Below are positions 19,024 through 28,186 of a stretch of 64,000 nt of DNA, piece after piece. This stretch comes from an uncultured Gemmatimonadaceae bacterium. GTDB lineage: Bacteria; Gemmatimonadota; Gemmatimonadetes; Gemmatimonadales; Gemmatimonadaceae. The stretch spans positions 32,001 to 96,000 of the forward strand of contig CAWAGQ010000009.1 in the NCBI GenBank assembly GCA_963781585.1, written 5' to 3'. The translations under genes were made by a program, and so were the position numbers. Each line of letters starts with the position of its first letter. Position 1 is the first letter of the stretch. Under the pieces are notes generated by a model. It saw nothing but the letters and a program-made list of their open reading frames with translations, did no database searches and was not told the origin of the DNA.

Positions 19024-19734
19024 ATGACATCGCGTTTGCGCACCCTGATCCCTGCGGTGGCCGTTCTGGCCGCCTGTCGCGGCGAATCCGCACCCAGGAC
19101 GGCCGCGGACTCGACGGCCATGCCGCAACCGACTGCAGCGAACGCGCCGGCGCCGGCGGTATTTCAGGTGCGATTCGAAACGAGCCGGGGCCCATTCGTG
19201 GTGGAGGCGCATCGCGACTGGGCGCCGCACGGCGCGGACCGGTTCTACCGGCTCGTGAACAGCGGGTTCTTCGACAAGGCACGTTTCTTCCGCGTCCTGC
19301 CGGGCTTCATCGCGCAATTCGGAATGCACGCCGATCCTGCCGTGACGGCTGCCTGGGACTCCCTGCACATTCCGGACGACCCGGCGATTCAGAGCAACAA
19401 GCGGGGCTTCGTCACGTTCGCCATGGCAATCGGCACGCCGAACTCCCGCGGCACCCAGCTTTTCATCAACTTCGTCGACAACACGAATCTGGACGCCATG
19501 GGGTTCGCGCCGATTGGCCAGGTGGTGGAGGGGATGCCGGCGGTGGACAGCCTGTACGGCGGATACGGCGAGGCGGCGCCCGACGGTCAGGGGCCCACGC
19601 AGGAGCGCATCGCGCGTGAAGGAAACGCGTATCTCGAGAAGGACTTTCCGAAACTCGACTTCATCCGCACCGCGCGCGTGTTGTCGCCGATGACAGCCGA
19701 TTCCGCGGCGATGCACGATTCGGCGAAGAAGTAG
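19024..19734 (+). CDS. Cyclophilin-type peptidyl-prolyl isomerase lipoprotein
   Basis: Lipobox VLAAC; FFRVLPGFIAQFG, FAMA, TQLFINF and LDAMGFAPIG. Confidence 0.92.
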   Translation: MTSRLRTLIPAVAVLAACRGESAPRTAADSTAMPQPTAANAPAPAVFQVRFETSRGPFVVEAHRDWAPHGADRFYRLVNSGFFDKARFFRVLPGFIAQFGMHADPAVTAAWDSLHIPDDPAIQSNKRGFVTFAMAIGTPNSRGTQLFINFVDNTNLDAMGFAPIGQVVEGMPAVDSLYGGYGEAAPDGQGPTQERIAREGNAYLEKDFPKLDFIRTARVLSPMTADSAAMHDSAKK

Positions 19735-19797
19735 CGGCTCGCATCCACAGCGCCGCGCCTTGCAGCGCGCGGCCCCGGCGTCAGATTCTCCGAGCCT

Positions 19798-20835
19798 ATG
19801 CGGAAGCTGGTTCTGCTGCTCGCCGGTCTGTTCGCCGTGCACATCGCGTTTCTGTTTGTGCACCCCTCGGGTGCGGCGGAGCTCGCGGCGGGCGATGGCG
19901 TCGACGTGGGCATCGTCTTCGACGTGGGCGGACGCGGCGACAAATCCTTCAACGACGGCGCCTACGTGGGCGCGACGCGCGCCCAGCGCGAACTCGGCGC
20001 CCGCGTGCGATTCATCGAGCCGGGAGAAGGGTCGGACCGCGAAGCCGGACTGCGCCTGCTTGCGGCTGAGGGGATGGACCTGGTGATCGGAGTGGGGTTC
20101 ATCTTCAGCGACGATCTCACGCAGCTTGCCGCCGAGTATCCGGGAACGCGGTTTGCCGGGATCGACTACTCGGTGGCAACCGATGCCGCCGGCAATCCGG
20201 TGGCACCACCGCCAAATCTGGCCGGACTGAAGTTCCGGGAGGAGCAGGGATCGTTCCTGGTGGGCGCTCTCGCGGCCTTGGTGGGCGGATCGAAGAAGCT
20301 CGGCTTCGTGGGGGGGATGGACTTTCCGCTCATCCACAAGTTCGAGGCAGGATATCGGGCGGGGGTCCACGCGGTCTGCCCTGACTGCGAGGTAATCGCG
20401 CAGTATGCCGGCGTGACGCCCGAGGCGTTTCGCAATCCGGGGCGCGGGCAGGAGCTGGCGCTCAGCCAATACCAGGCTGGCGTCAACGTGATCTTCCACG
20501 CCTCTGGTTCCACGGGACTGGGAGTATTCGAGGCGGCGCGTCGGCGGGGCAAGCTCGCGATCGGCGTGGATGCCGACCAGTACAGTGAGGCGCCGGGGTT
20601 CATTCTCACGTCGATGGTGAAGCGCGTCGATCAGGCGGTGTTCGACGCGGTGCGTGCGGTGAAAGACGGGACGTTCAGGGGTGGGATCTATCAGCTCGGG
20701 CTTGCCGAGCATGGCGTGGACTACGTCTACGACGACCACAACCGGGCGCTGATTCCGGATTCGGCGCGCGCCCGCGTCGAAGAGCTGCGGCGCGAGATCA
20801 TCGAGGGTCGCATCGCGGTGCCGGTCACACGATGA
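19798..20835 (+). CDS. BMP-family ABC substrate-binding protein (nucleoside-type)
   Basis: GGRGDKSFND, FREEQGSFLVG, AIGVDADQ and LTSMVKRVD. Confidence 0.92.
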   Translation: MRKLVLLLAGLFAVHIAFLFVHPSGAAELAAGDGVDVGIVFDVGGRGDKSFNDGAYVGATRAQRELGARVRFIEPGEGSDREAGLRLLAAEGMDLVIGVGFIFSDDLTQLAAEYPGTRFAGIDYSVATDAAGNPVAPPPNLAGLKFREEQGSFLVGALAALVGGSKKLGFVGGMDFPLIHKFEAGYRAGVHAVCPDCEVIAQYAGVTPEAFRNPGRGQELALSQYQAGVNVIFHASGSTGLGVFEAARRRGKLAIGVDADQYSEAPGFILTSMVKRVDQAVFDAVRAVKDGTFRGGIYQLGLAEHGVDYVYDDHNRALIPDSARARVEELRREIIEGRIAVPVTR

Positions 20836-20851
20836 GATCCGGCGAAGGCCC

Positions 20852-22432
20852 GTGACCGCGGCCCTGGAGGCCCGGGGAATCCGGAAGTCGTTCGGTGCGG
20901 TGGTGGCCAACCGCGGCGCGTCGCTTCAGGTCGCGCGTGGCGGGATTCACGCGGTGGTAGGCGAGAACGGCGCCGGAAAGTCGACGCTGATGCGCATTCT
21001 GGCCGGACTCATTCGGCCGGATGACGGTACGGTCCTGGTGAGCGGCCGCGATGTGACCGGCTGGACGACTCGCGAGGCGATCGCCGCCGGGGTCGGCATG
21101 GTGCACCAGCACTTCATGCTCGTCCCGACCCTCACTGTCGGCGAGAACCTGGTGCTGGGGCGTGAGATGACGCAGGGCCCCTGGCTGGATCGCGCCGCGG
21201 CCGATCGCGCGGTTGTCTCGTTAGGTGTGGAGACCGGTCTGGTGGTCGCCCCCGATCGCCTGGTGGCCGGGTTGACGGTGGGCGAGGCCCAGCGGGTGGA
21301 GATCCTCAAGGTGCTGTGGCGCGGGGCGCGGATCCTGATCCTCGACGAACCAACGGCGGTTCTGTCGCCGCCCGAAGTGCGGGAACTCTGGGCCGTGCTG
21401 CGTCGCCTGCGTGACGCCGACGCCGCCGTCGTCCTGATCACGCACAAGCTGGACGAGGTCATCGAGATTTCCGATACGGTCACGGTCATGCGCGCCGGCG
21501 AGACGGTGGAGCGTCTTGCCACTCGGGAGGCCACACCCTCGGCGCTTGCGAGAATGATGGTGGGCCGCGATGTAGAGCTGGTATCGGTCGGAGCGGCGAT
21601 GACGGACCATGACCCCGGCGCTCCGACGCGGGGAACGGATCGCGCAGCCGGTGTGCCGCCAGAGGCCGACCAACCGCCGGCGCTGGTGGTCCGGGAACTC
21701 AGCGTGACCACGCCGCTTCGACCTCGCGCGGTGGACCGCGTCACGTTCGCGGTCGCTCCCGGCGAGATTCTCGGGATCGCCGGGGTGGAGGGGAACGGGC
21801 AGACCGAACTGGTGGAGGCGGTGGCGGGGCTGCGGGAGGTCTCGTCGGGGAGCGTGCGGCTGGGCGACCGCGACATCACGCATGCGTCGGTTCGTGGGCG
21901 CAGCGATTGCGGGCTGTCGCATATTCCGGAGGACCGCCAGCACCGTGGTCTGATTCTCGATTTCCCGGTGGCGGACAACCTCATCCTGGGACAGCAGCAT
22001 CGGTTTTCCAGGCGCGGAGCGATCGAGCGCGACGAGGTCGCGGCCAATGCGCGGCACCAGATCGCGGCGTTCGACATCCGGCCGCCCGAACCGTTGCTCG
22101 CGGCGCGCGCGTTGTCCGGCGGCAATCAGCAGAAGGTGGTTGTGGCCCGCGAGATGGGGCGCGACTTCACGGTGCTGGTGGCAGCCCAGCCCACGCGTGG
22201 CGTGGATGTGGGTGCGATCGAGTTCATCCACGCACAGCTGCGCGCGGCGCGCGACGCGGGAAAGGCGGTGATCCTCGTCTCGGCGGACCTGGCCGAGGTG
22301 CTCTCGCTCTCCGATCGGGTCGCGGTCATGTTCGGCGGCCGGTTCGTCGCCGTGCTTTCACGCGCAGCGGCCACGGTGGAGGTGGTGGGGCGGTACATGA
22401 CGGGGCTGTCGGGCACGGGGGCCGCGGCGTGA
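20852..22432 (+). CDS. ABC transporter ATP-binding protein (CUT2/nucleoside type, double domain)
   Basis: GENGAGKST, LDEPTAVL, LSGGNQQK and AQPTRGVD. Confidence 0.95.
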   Translation: MTAALEARGIRKSFGAVVANRGASLQVARGGIHAVVGENGAGKSTLMRILAGLIRPDDGTVLVSGRDVTGWTTREAIAAGVGMVHQHFMLVPTLTVGENLVLGREMTQGPWLDRAAADRAVVSLGVETGLVVAPDRLVAGLTVGEAQRVEILKVLWRGARILILDEPTAVLSPPEVRELWAVLRRLRDADAAVVLITHKLDEVIEISDTVTVMRAGETVERLATREATPSALARMMVGRDVELVSVGAAMTDHDPGAPTRGTDRAAGVPPEADQPPALVVRELSVTTPLRPRAVDRVTFAVAPGEILGIAGVEGNGQTELVEAVAGLREVSSGSVRLGDRDITHASVRGRSDCGLSHIPEDRQHRGLILDFPVADNLILGQQHRFSRRGAIERDEVAANARHQIAAFDIRPPEPLLAARALSGGNQQKVVVAREMGRDFTVLVAAQPTRGVDVGAIEFIHAQLRAARDAGKAVILVSADLAEVLSLSDRVAVMFGGRFVAVLSRAAATVEVVGRYMTGLSGTGAAA

Positions 22433-23484
22433 CCTCCGGATCGCGGATGGCGACGGTGGTGCTGCCGGCGCTGCTGGCGCTCCTGATCGCGGCGGTGGTG
22501 GGCGACGTGCTGATCGTGTCGTTCGGGCAGCCGCCCGGGAGCGTGTTCCGCCTGTTGCTGGAGGGGACGTGGGGGAACGCGTACGGCCTGGGCCAGGTGC
22601 TGTACAAGGCGACGACGCTCTCGTTCACCGGCCTGTCCGTCGCGTTAGGCATCCGGGCGGGGTTGTTCAACGTCGGGGCGGAGAGTCAACTGGCGGTGGG
22701 CGGCTTCTGCGCCGCGCTGGCCGGCCTGGCACTTCCCGCCGGCGCCCCGGCCCCGGTGGCGGTGGGGCTCTGCCTGGCGGCCGCGGCGTTAGGCGGGGGG
22801 CTGGCCGGTGCCGTGCCGGGCGTCCTCAAGGCACGCTTCGGCGCCAGCGAAGTCATTGTCACCATCATGCTCAACTTCGTCATCCTGGCGCTCCTGAACT
22901 GGATCGTGTCATCCCGGCTGCACGTGGCCGAGTCGCTGCACACAGGGACGATTCACGCCGGGGCGGTGCCGCGCCTGTCGGCCGCGGCCTCCATGTTCCA
23001 CGGGTCGGCGGCGAACTTCACGATGCTGTTCGCGGCCAGCGCCGCGGTGCTGACCGGATGGTACCTCTTCCGCACCCGGGCCGGATACGATCTGCGCGCG
23101 GTGGGACTGCAGCCCGGGGCGGCGCAGTATGGCGGCGTGCGGGTGGGAAATGTCTACCTCTGGACACTCATCCTCTCGGGCGCGCTCGCCGGCCTGGGAG
23201 GAACCAACTACGTGCTGGGTTACAAGCGGTACTACGAGGACGGATTCGCGGGCGGCGCCGGCTTTCTGGGAATCGCGGTTGCGCTGGTGGGGCGCAATCA
23301 TCCCGCCGGGGTCGTCGTCGCCGCGCTGCTGTTCGCGACGATCTCCCAGGGCGGTCTGGCCGTGAACGCCCTCGTGCCGAAGCAGATGGTCGAGGTGCTG
23401 ACGGCGGTGGTGATCATCGCCGTCGCAGCCACTGTCCCCGAGGTACAGCGGATGCTGCGGGCCGCTCGCCGGGCGCCGTCATGA
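22429..23484 (+). CDS. ABC transporter permease
   Basis: GLFNVGAESQ, EVIVTIMLN and GFLGIAVALVG; GTGA overlap with the ATPase gene. Confidence 0.9.
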   Translation: MTSGSRMATVVLPALLALLIAAVVGDVLIVSFGQPPGSVFRLLLEGTWGNAYGLGQVLYKATTLSFTGLSVALGIRAGLFNVGAESQLAVGGFCAALAGLALPAGAPAPVAVGLCLAAAALGGGLAGAVPGVLKARFGASEVIVTIMLNFVILALLNWIVSSRLHVAESLHTGTIHAGAVPRLSAAASMFHGSAANFTMLFAASAAVLTGWYLFRTRAGYDLRAVGLQPGAAQYGGVRVGNVYLWTLILSGALAGLGGTNYVLGYKRYYEDGFAGGAGFLGIAVALVGRNHPAGVVVAALLFATISQGGLAVNALVPKQMVEVLTAVVIIAVAATVPEVQRMLRAARRAPS

Positions 23485-24395
23485 GCCTGCTCGCCTTCCT
23501 GGTGCAGACGCTCCGGATCGCGACGCCGTATCTCCTCGCGGCATCCGGAGGCGTCCTCTCGGAACGAGCCGGGATCATCGCGCTCACTCTCGAGGGGTGG
23601 ATGCTGACCGGCGCGTTCTGTGCCGCCATTGGCAGCTACTTCGCCCACTCACCCTGGGTGGGCGTGGCCTGTGGGCTGGGCGGTGGCGTGCTCGCGGGAC
23701 TACTGCACGCGCTGGTGAGCATCCGTTATCGTGCGAATCAGGTGGTGACCGGCATCGCCGCCAATCTGCTGGCGGTGGGCCTGACCCGGTTCTTTCTGCG
23801 GCTGGCGTTCGACAGCTCCTCGAATTCGCCTCGGGTGCCCGGATTCGACTGGTTCGCCGCCACCGGCGGCGGGTCGACCGCGTCGGCGGGGGGCGCGGGA
23901 GTCATCCTCTCGTCCGTCGCGAACCCGCTGGTGGTGTTCGGTATTCTTTCTCTGCTCCTTGTGTCGACGCTGCTGTCGCGGACACCGTTCGGGTTGCGGG
24001 TGCGGGCCGTGGGGGAGAAGCCCGAGGCGGCGGAGTCGGTCGGCGTGCCGGTGGCGCGCATCCAGTGGTTCGCGGTCGGCCTGGCAGGGGGACTGACCGC
24101 CCTCGGCGGTACGTACCTCGCGCTCGATCAACATCAGTTCACGGACAGCATGACCGCCGGACGCGGGTTCATTGCCCTGGCGGCGGTGATTTTCGGTAAC
24201 TGGCGGCCGGCGCGGGTGGCGGCGGGATGTTTCCTGTTCGCCGCCGCCGAGGCGCTGCAAATCCAGCTGCAGGGACTCCAGGTGATTCCGTCCCAGTTCG
24301 TCGAGATGATTCCCTACGTGTTGACCATCGTCGCACTCGCCGGGGTGGTGGGCAGGGCCACGCCGCCGGCCGCACTCGGACGCGCGGCGAGCTGA
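23481..24395 (+). CDS. ABC transporter permease
   Basis: LSERAGII.LEG, GLRVRAVGE and GRGFIALAAVIFG; ATGA overlap. Confidence 0.92.
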   Translation: MSLLAFLVQTLRIATPYLLAASGGVLSERAGIIALTLEGWMLTGAFCAAIGSYFAHSPWVGVACGLGGGVLAGLLHALVSIRYRANQVVTGIAANLLAVGLTRFFLRLAFDSSSNSPRVPGFDWFAATGGGSTASAGGAGVILSSVANPLVVFGILSLLLVSTLLSRTPFGLRVRAVGEKPEAAESVGVPVARIQWFAVGLAGGLTALGGTYLALDQHQFTDSMTAGRGFIALAAVIFGNWRPARVAAGCFLFAAAEALQIQLQGLQVIPSQFVEMIPYVLTIVALAGVVGRATPPAALGRAAS

Positions 24396-24401
24396 CGACG
24401 G

Positions 24402-25931
24402 ATGCCACTCGAGGTGGGCAGCGGCTTCGAATCGCCGCTCGTGCGTGCCGGGCTGGCCGTCATTGGGGCCGCGCTGCTGTACGTGCTGGCCCGCGAGGTT
24501 CGGAAGATCCCGCCCAAGCTCTTCGTGCTGATGGCCACGGCGTTCATCGACATGCTGGGGCTGCTGATGATCATCCCGCTGCTGCCCTTCTACGTGAAGC
24601 AGCTCGGTGGCAACGGGTTCCAGCTGTTCGGGACCCGGGTGGGGATCGGGATGATCACCGGATTCATCGTGTCGGCGTTCACGGTGGCACAGTTGCTCAG
24701 TTCACCGATGTGGGGGCGCTTCTCGGACCGCTTCGGGCGCCGACCGGCGTTGCTCATCGCACTGGGCGCCGAGGGCATCGCTTTCCTGATATTCGGATTT
24801 GCGAACTCGCTGTGGCTGCTGTTCCTGTCGCGGATCGTCCAGGGCGCCGGCGGCGGGACGGTCGGGGTGATCCAGGCCTATGTGGCCGACGCCACCGAAC
24901 CGGAGAACCGGGCCCGCAGCCTGGGCTGGCTGTCGGCGGCCACCAACCTGGGCGTGGCGCTGGGCCCGGTACTGGGAACATTCGCTGTCTCGTTAGGCGA
25001 GCAGGATCTGCTGCCGGGTGCGGGCACGCTGCACATGGGGCGGGCCGCCCCCGGAATCGCCGCCGCCTGCCTCTGCTTCCTCAACATCCTGTTCGCGCGC
25101 CGGTACCTCACCGAGACGCGCCATTCGGCCCTGCACCGGCACCAGCCGCAACGACGCTCGCGCGAGGCGGTGCGGCGGGTCATTACGCACTCCGCCGAGC
25201 CGGCGTCGCGCCTGATCTGGATCTACGCGATCGCCATGGGCGCGTTCAACGGCGCCACGGCTGTGCTGGCGCTCTTCCTCAACGCCCGGTTCCAGGTCAC
25301 CGAGAAGACCATCGGGTACTTCTTCATGTACATCGGCGCCATCTCGGTCTTCACCCGCGTGCTGCTGCTGGGCAAGGCGGTGGACCGGCTGGGCGAGGCC
25401 CGCCTGTCGCGGGTCGGCGTGGTGTTACTGTCACTCGGCCTGGCGCTGATGCCGCTGTCGCGCCACCTCGGGATGCTCGCATTCGCTGTGGCCCTCATTC
25501 CGTTGGGCACCGCGTTCACCTTCCCCTGCGTCACCTCGCTCCTGTCGCGGGTAATCTCGCCCGACGAGCGCGGCCTGTTCATGGGCCTGCAGCAGACCTT
25601 CGGGGGCGTGGCCCGCGTCATCGCCCCGCTCTGGGCCGGATTCGCCTTCGACCATCTCGGGATCGGGGTGCCGTTCTACAGCGCGGCGGTGTTCGTCCTC
25701 GCCACTATCTCGCTCGGACTCGGCCTCGACCAGTACGCGAAGCACAGCGTGCCGGCCGCGGGAGTGAGCTCGCAATCCGCGGCGGCCATGGCAGCGGTCC
25801 CGGAATCGCCGGGTGACGGGAAGATGGCGCATCTCGCCCCCGCTGCCGGGGCGGCGATCGCCGACGCGCATCGCACCGCCGCCCCCGTCCCCGGTCCGGT
25901 ACCGCACGCTTCCCCACCCCGATCCGACTGA
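24402..25931 (+). CDS. MFS transporter (TetA/DHA1-like)
   Basis: Motif A GRFSDRFGRRP, AYVADAT and GPVLG; about 12 TM segments. Confidence 0.9.
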   Translation: MPLEVGSGFESPLVRAGLAVIGAALLYVLAREVRKIPPKLFVLMATAFIDMLGLLMIIPLLPFYVKQLGGNGFQLFGTRVGIGMITGFIVSAFTVAQLLSSPMWGRFSDRFGRRPALLIALGAEGIAFLIFGFANSLWLLFLSRIVQGAGGGTVGVIQAYVADATEPENRARSLGWLSAATNLGVALGPVLGTFAVSLGEQDLLPGAGTLHMGRAAPGIAAACLCFLNILFARRYLTETRHSALHRHQPQRRSREAVRRVITHSAEPASRLIWIYAIAMGAFNGATAVLALFLNARFQVTEKTIGYFFMYIGAISVFTRVLLLGKAVDRLGEARLSRVGVVLLSLGLALMPLSRHLGMLAFAVALIPLGTAFTFPCVTSLLSRVISPDERGLFMGLQQTFGGVARVIAPLWAGFAFDHLGIGVPFYSAAVFVLATISLGLGLDQYAKHSVPAAGVSSQSAAAMAAVPESPGDGKMAHLAPAAGAAIADAHRTAAPVPGPVPHASPPRSD

Positions 25932-25976
25932 CGCGCCACAGCGCGGAGGCGCGTGCCCGCGAACGCTCCGCCACCG

Positions 25977-26768
25977 TCAGCGCGGAGCGCCCTCGAGATC
26001 CCGAATCCAGATGTTGCGATACCGGACCCTGTGTCCGTGATCCTGGAGGCTGATGGGCAGACGATCGGCGTGCGCCTGATACGGGGGACGCTGCTGATGC
26101 GCCGTGGGACCGGTGAGTTCGACGTGATCCTGCACCAGAACGCCGTTGTGAAAGACCGTCATGATGGCGGGACTGGTGACGTGGCCGTCGGCGCCGAAGC
26201 GCGGGCGGCGGAAGACGATATCGTAGCTCTGCCAGACGCCGGGCGCGCGCGAGGCGTTCACCAGCGGCGGATACTGGCCGTAGATCGCGGCGGCCTGGCC
26301 ATCGGCATAGGTGCGGTTGCCGTACGAGTCGAGGACCTGCACTTCGTACAACCCCATGAGGTACACGCCGCTGTTTCCGCGATCCTGACCCTCACCGGAG
26401 GCCGGCGCAGGGCTCGCCCACTCCACGTGGAGTTGTGCGTCGCCGAATCCCTGTTGCGTCTGGATGCTGCCGGTGCCAGGGGCAACCTCGAAGTACCCGT
26501 CGTGCACCGTCCACTTCGCGGGCCCCCCAGTCGCGGAGGTCCAGTTTTCGAGACCGTGGCCGTCGAACAGCACCACGGCGTCGTGGGGCGGAGGCACGGG
26601 CAGTGCGCCGGGCCCTGGATCCACGACTGGAGGAACGGGACGTTCCATGGAGTGCTGCGGCCAGTCGCCCGGCTTCTGCGCGGAGGCTTGGGAGGGCTGC
26701 ATTGCCTGCATAACGAGCGCGGTGAGGGAGAGACTCAGGGTGCTGCGGAGAGGGTGTCTGGAGTTCAT
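25977..26768 (-). CDS. DUF1080 (3-keto-disaccharide hydrolase family) secreted protein
   Basis: Signal peptide; VLFDG, GNSGVY, YEVQVLDS, WQSYDI, LQDHG and YRNIW. Confidence 0.9.
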   Translation of the reverse strand: MNSRHPLRSTLSLSLTALVMQAMQPSQASAQKPGDWPQHSMERPVPPVVDPGPGALPVPPPHDAVVLFDGHGLENWTSATGGPAKWTVHDGYFEVAPGTGSIQTQQGFGDAQLHVEWASPAPASGEGQDRGNSGVYLMGLYEVQVLDSYGNRTYADGQAAAIYGQYPPLVNASRAPGVWQSYDIVFRRPRFGADGHVTSPAIMTVFHNGVLVQDHVELTGPTAHQQRPPYQAHADRLPISLQDHGHRVRYRNIWIRDLEGAPR

Positions 26769-26886
26769 GGCTCAAGGCTCATGGATCAATGCTCATAGCT
26801 CATGCCTCATACTTCACAGCTATAGCTCAACGCTCGCACCCAGCGCACTTCGCTGACAGCTGACCGCTGACGGCGGACAACTGACG
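26764..26886. repeat. Two degenerate heptamer tandem arrays
   Basis: TTCATGG CTCAAGG CTCATGG ATCAATG CTCATAG CTCATGC CTCATAC TTCACAG, then GCTGACA GCTGACC GCTGACG GCGGACA ACTGACG. Confidence 0.85.
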
Positions 26887-26893
26887 ACCGCCC

Positions 26894-28186
26894 TCATCCC
26901 GTCCCTTCCCTTCTCGACCAGAGAATGAGTCGCACGCCCCGCTGCCAGGTGAAGAACGCGTACGCCCACTGGAGCAGCACGCTGAGTCGGTTTCGGAAAC
27001 CCGCCAGGTACAGAATATGGACGAAGAGCCAGAGCAGCCATGCCGGGAGTCCGGTAACTCCGATCGGACCGAACTGGGCAAGGGCGCGGTAGCGGCCTAT
27101 CACGGCCAGGTCGCCCTTGTTCACGTAGTGGAACGGGCGCCTCGGCTGCCTCCTGATGTCGCGGATGATGTTGGCGGCGGCGGCGCGGCCCATCTGCATC
27201 GCGGCCGGCGCTACCGCCGGGACCGGCTTCCCGGACGGCTCCGTGACCATGGCCTGGTCGCCGACCACGAACACCTCGGCGTGTCCCGGCGCGCTGAGAT
27301 CCGGTGCCACCCGCACGTGACCAGACCGGTCGAGCGGTACTCCCAGGAGCGTGGATAGCGGCGAGGCTCGATTTCCAGCGGCCCAGAACACCGTACGGGC
27401 CGGAATCCGTTCATCACCCACGTGAACGAAGTCGCAGTCGAGGCCCGTCACCGCCGCATTCAGCCGAACATCCACGCCGAGCGCGGTGAGGTCCGCTACC
27501 GCCTGACGCGACAGCCGCTCCGAAAGCGCGGGTACGAGGCGCTTGCCAGCCTCGAGCAGGATGACGCGTGTGCTCGCAGTGTCGATGTGACGGAAATCGC
27601 GACGCAAGGCGCGTCGCACGATGCTCATGAGGATGCCGGCGAGTTCGACGCCGGTGGGCCCGCCGCCGACGATCACCAACGTCTGGAGGGCGGCGCGTTC
27701 GTCGTCGCTGGCGGCGCACTCGGCGCGTTCGAACGCCAGGAGGAAACGATTCCGGATCAGCAGGGCGTCCTCGACTGTCTTGAGGCCCGGTGCGCAGCGT
27801 TCCCAGTCGTCGTGCCCGAAGTACGCGTGGCGCGCGCCGGCCGCGAGGACGAGATAGTCGTACGAGAGCTCGTGCCCATCGTCGAGCGTAGCCGTGCGGC
27901 GATCGAGCGCCAGGCCGGCTACCGAGCCGAGTATGACCTGAGTGTTGCTCTGCTTGCGCAGCAGCCAGCGGATCGGGACGGCAATGTCGCTCGGTGCGAG
28001 GGCGGCGGTGGCCACCTGATAGAGCAGTGGCTGAAAGACGTGGTGATTGGAGCTGTCCACGAGGGTGATATCGGCCGGCGCGCGGCGCAGCGACCGGGCG
28101 GCGCAGATGCCGGCGAAGCCGCCGCCGATGATCAGGACGCGCGGACGCCGAGGGGCGCCGGATGGCGAGCCCGGGCCCGCGGTCAT
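26894..28186 (-). CDS. ndh: Type II NADH dehydrogenase-like NAD(P)/FAD oxidoreductase
   Basis: IIGGGFAG, FQPLLYQVAT, VGGGPTGVELAG, WAAG and VFVVGD. Confidence 0.88.
   Translation of the reverse strand: MTAGPGSPSGAPRRPRVLIIGGGFAGICAARSLRRAPADITLVDSSNHHVFQPLLYQVATAALAPSDIAVPIRWLLRKQSNTQVILGSVAGLALDRRTATLDDGHELSYDYLVLAAGARHAYFGHDDWERCAPGLKTVEDALLIRNRFLLAFERAECAASDDERAALQTLVIVGGGPTGVELAGILMSIVRRALRRDFRHIDTASTRVILLEAGKRLVPALSERLSRQAVADLTALGVDVRLNAAVTGLDCDFVHVGDERIPARTVFWAAGNRASPLSTLLGVPLDRSGHVRVAPDLSAPGHAEVFVVGDQAMVTEPSGKPVPAVAPAAMQMGRAAAANIIRDIRRQPRRPFHYVNKGDLAVIGRYRALAQFGPIGVTGLPAWLLWLFVHILYLAGFRNRLSVLLQWAYAFFTWQRGVRLILWSRREGTG

Noticed and set aside
18724..20910. Long antisense or alternate-frame ORFs (e.g. 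18724-20910 -, 9661-11241 -, 37855-39483 -, 33357-34814 +)
   Set aside because: Shadow ORFs expected in high-GC DNA; they overlap well-supported genes and have no recognisable motifs.
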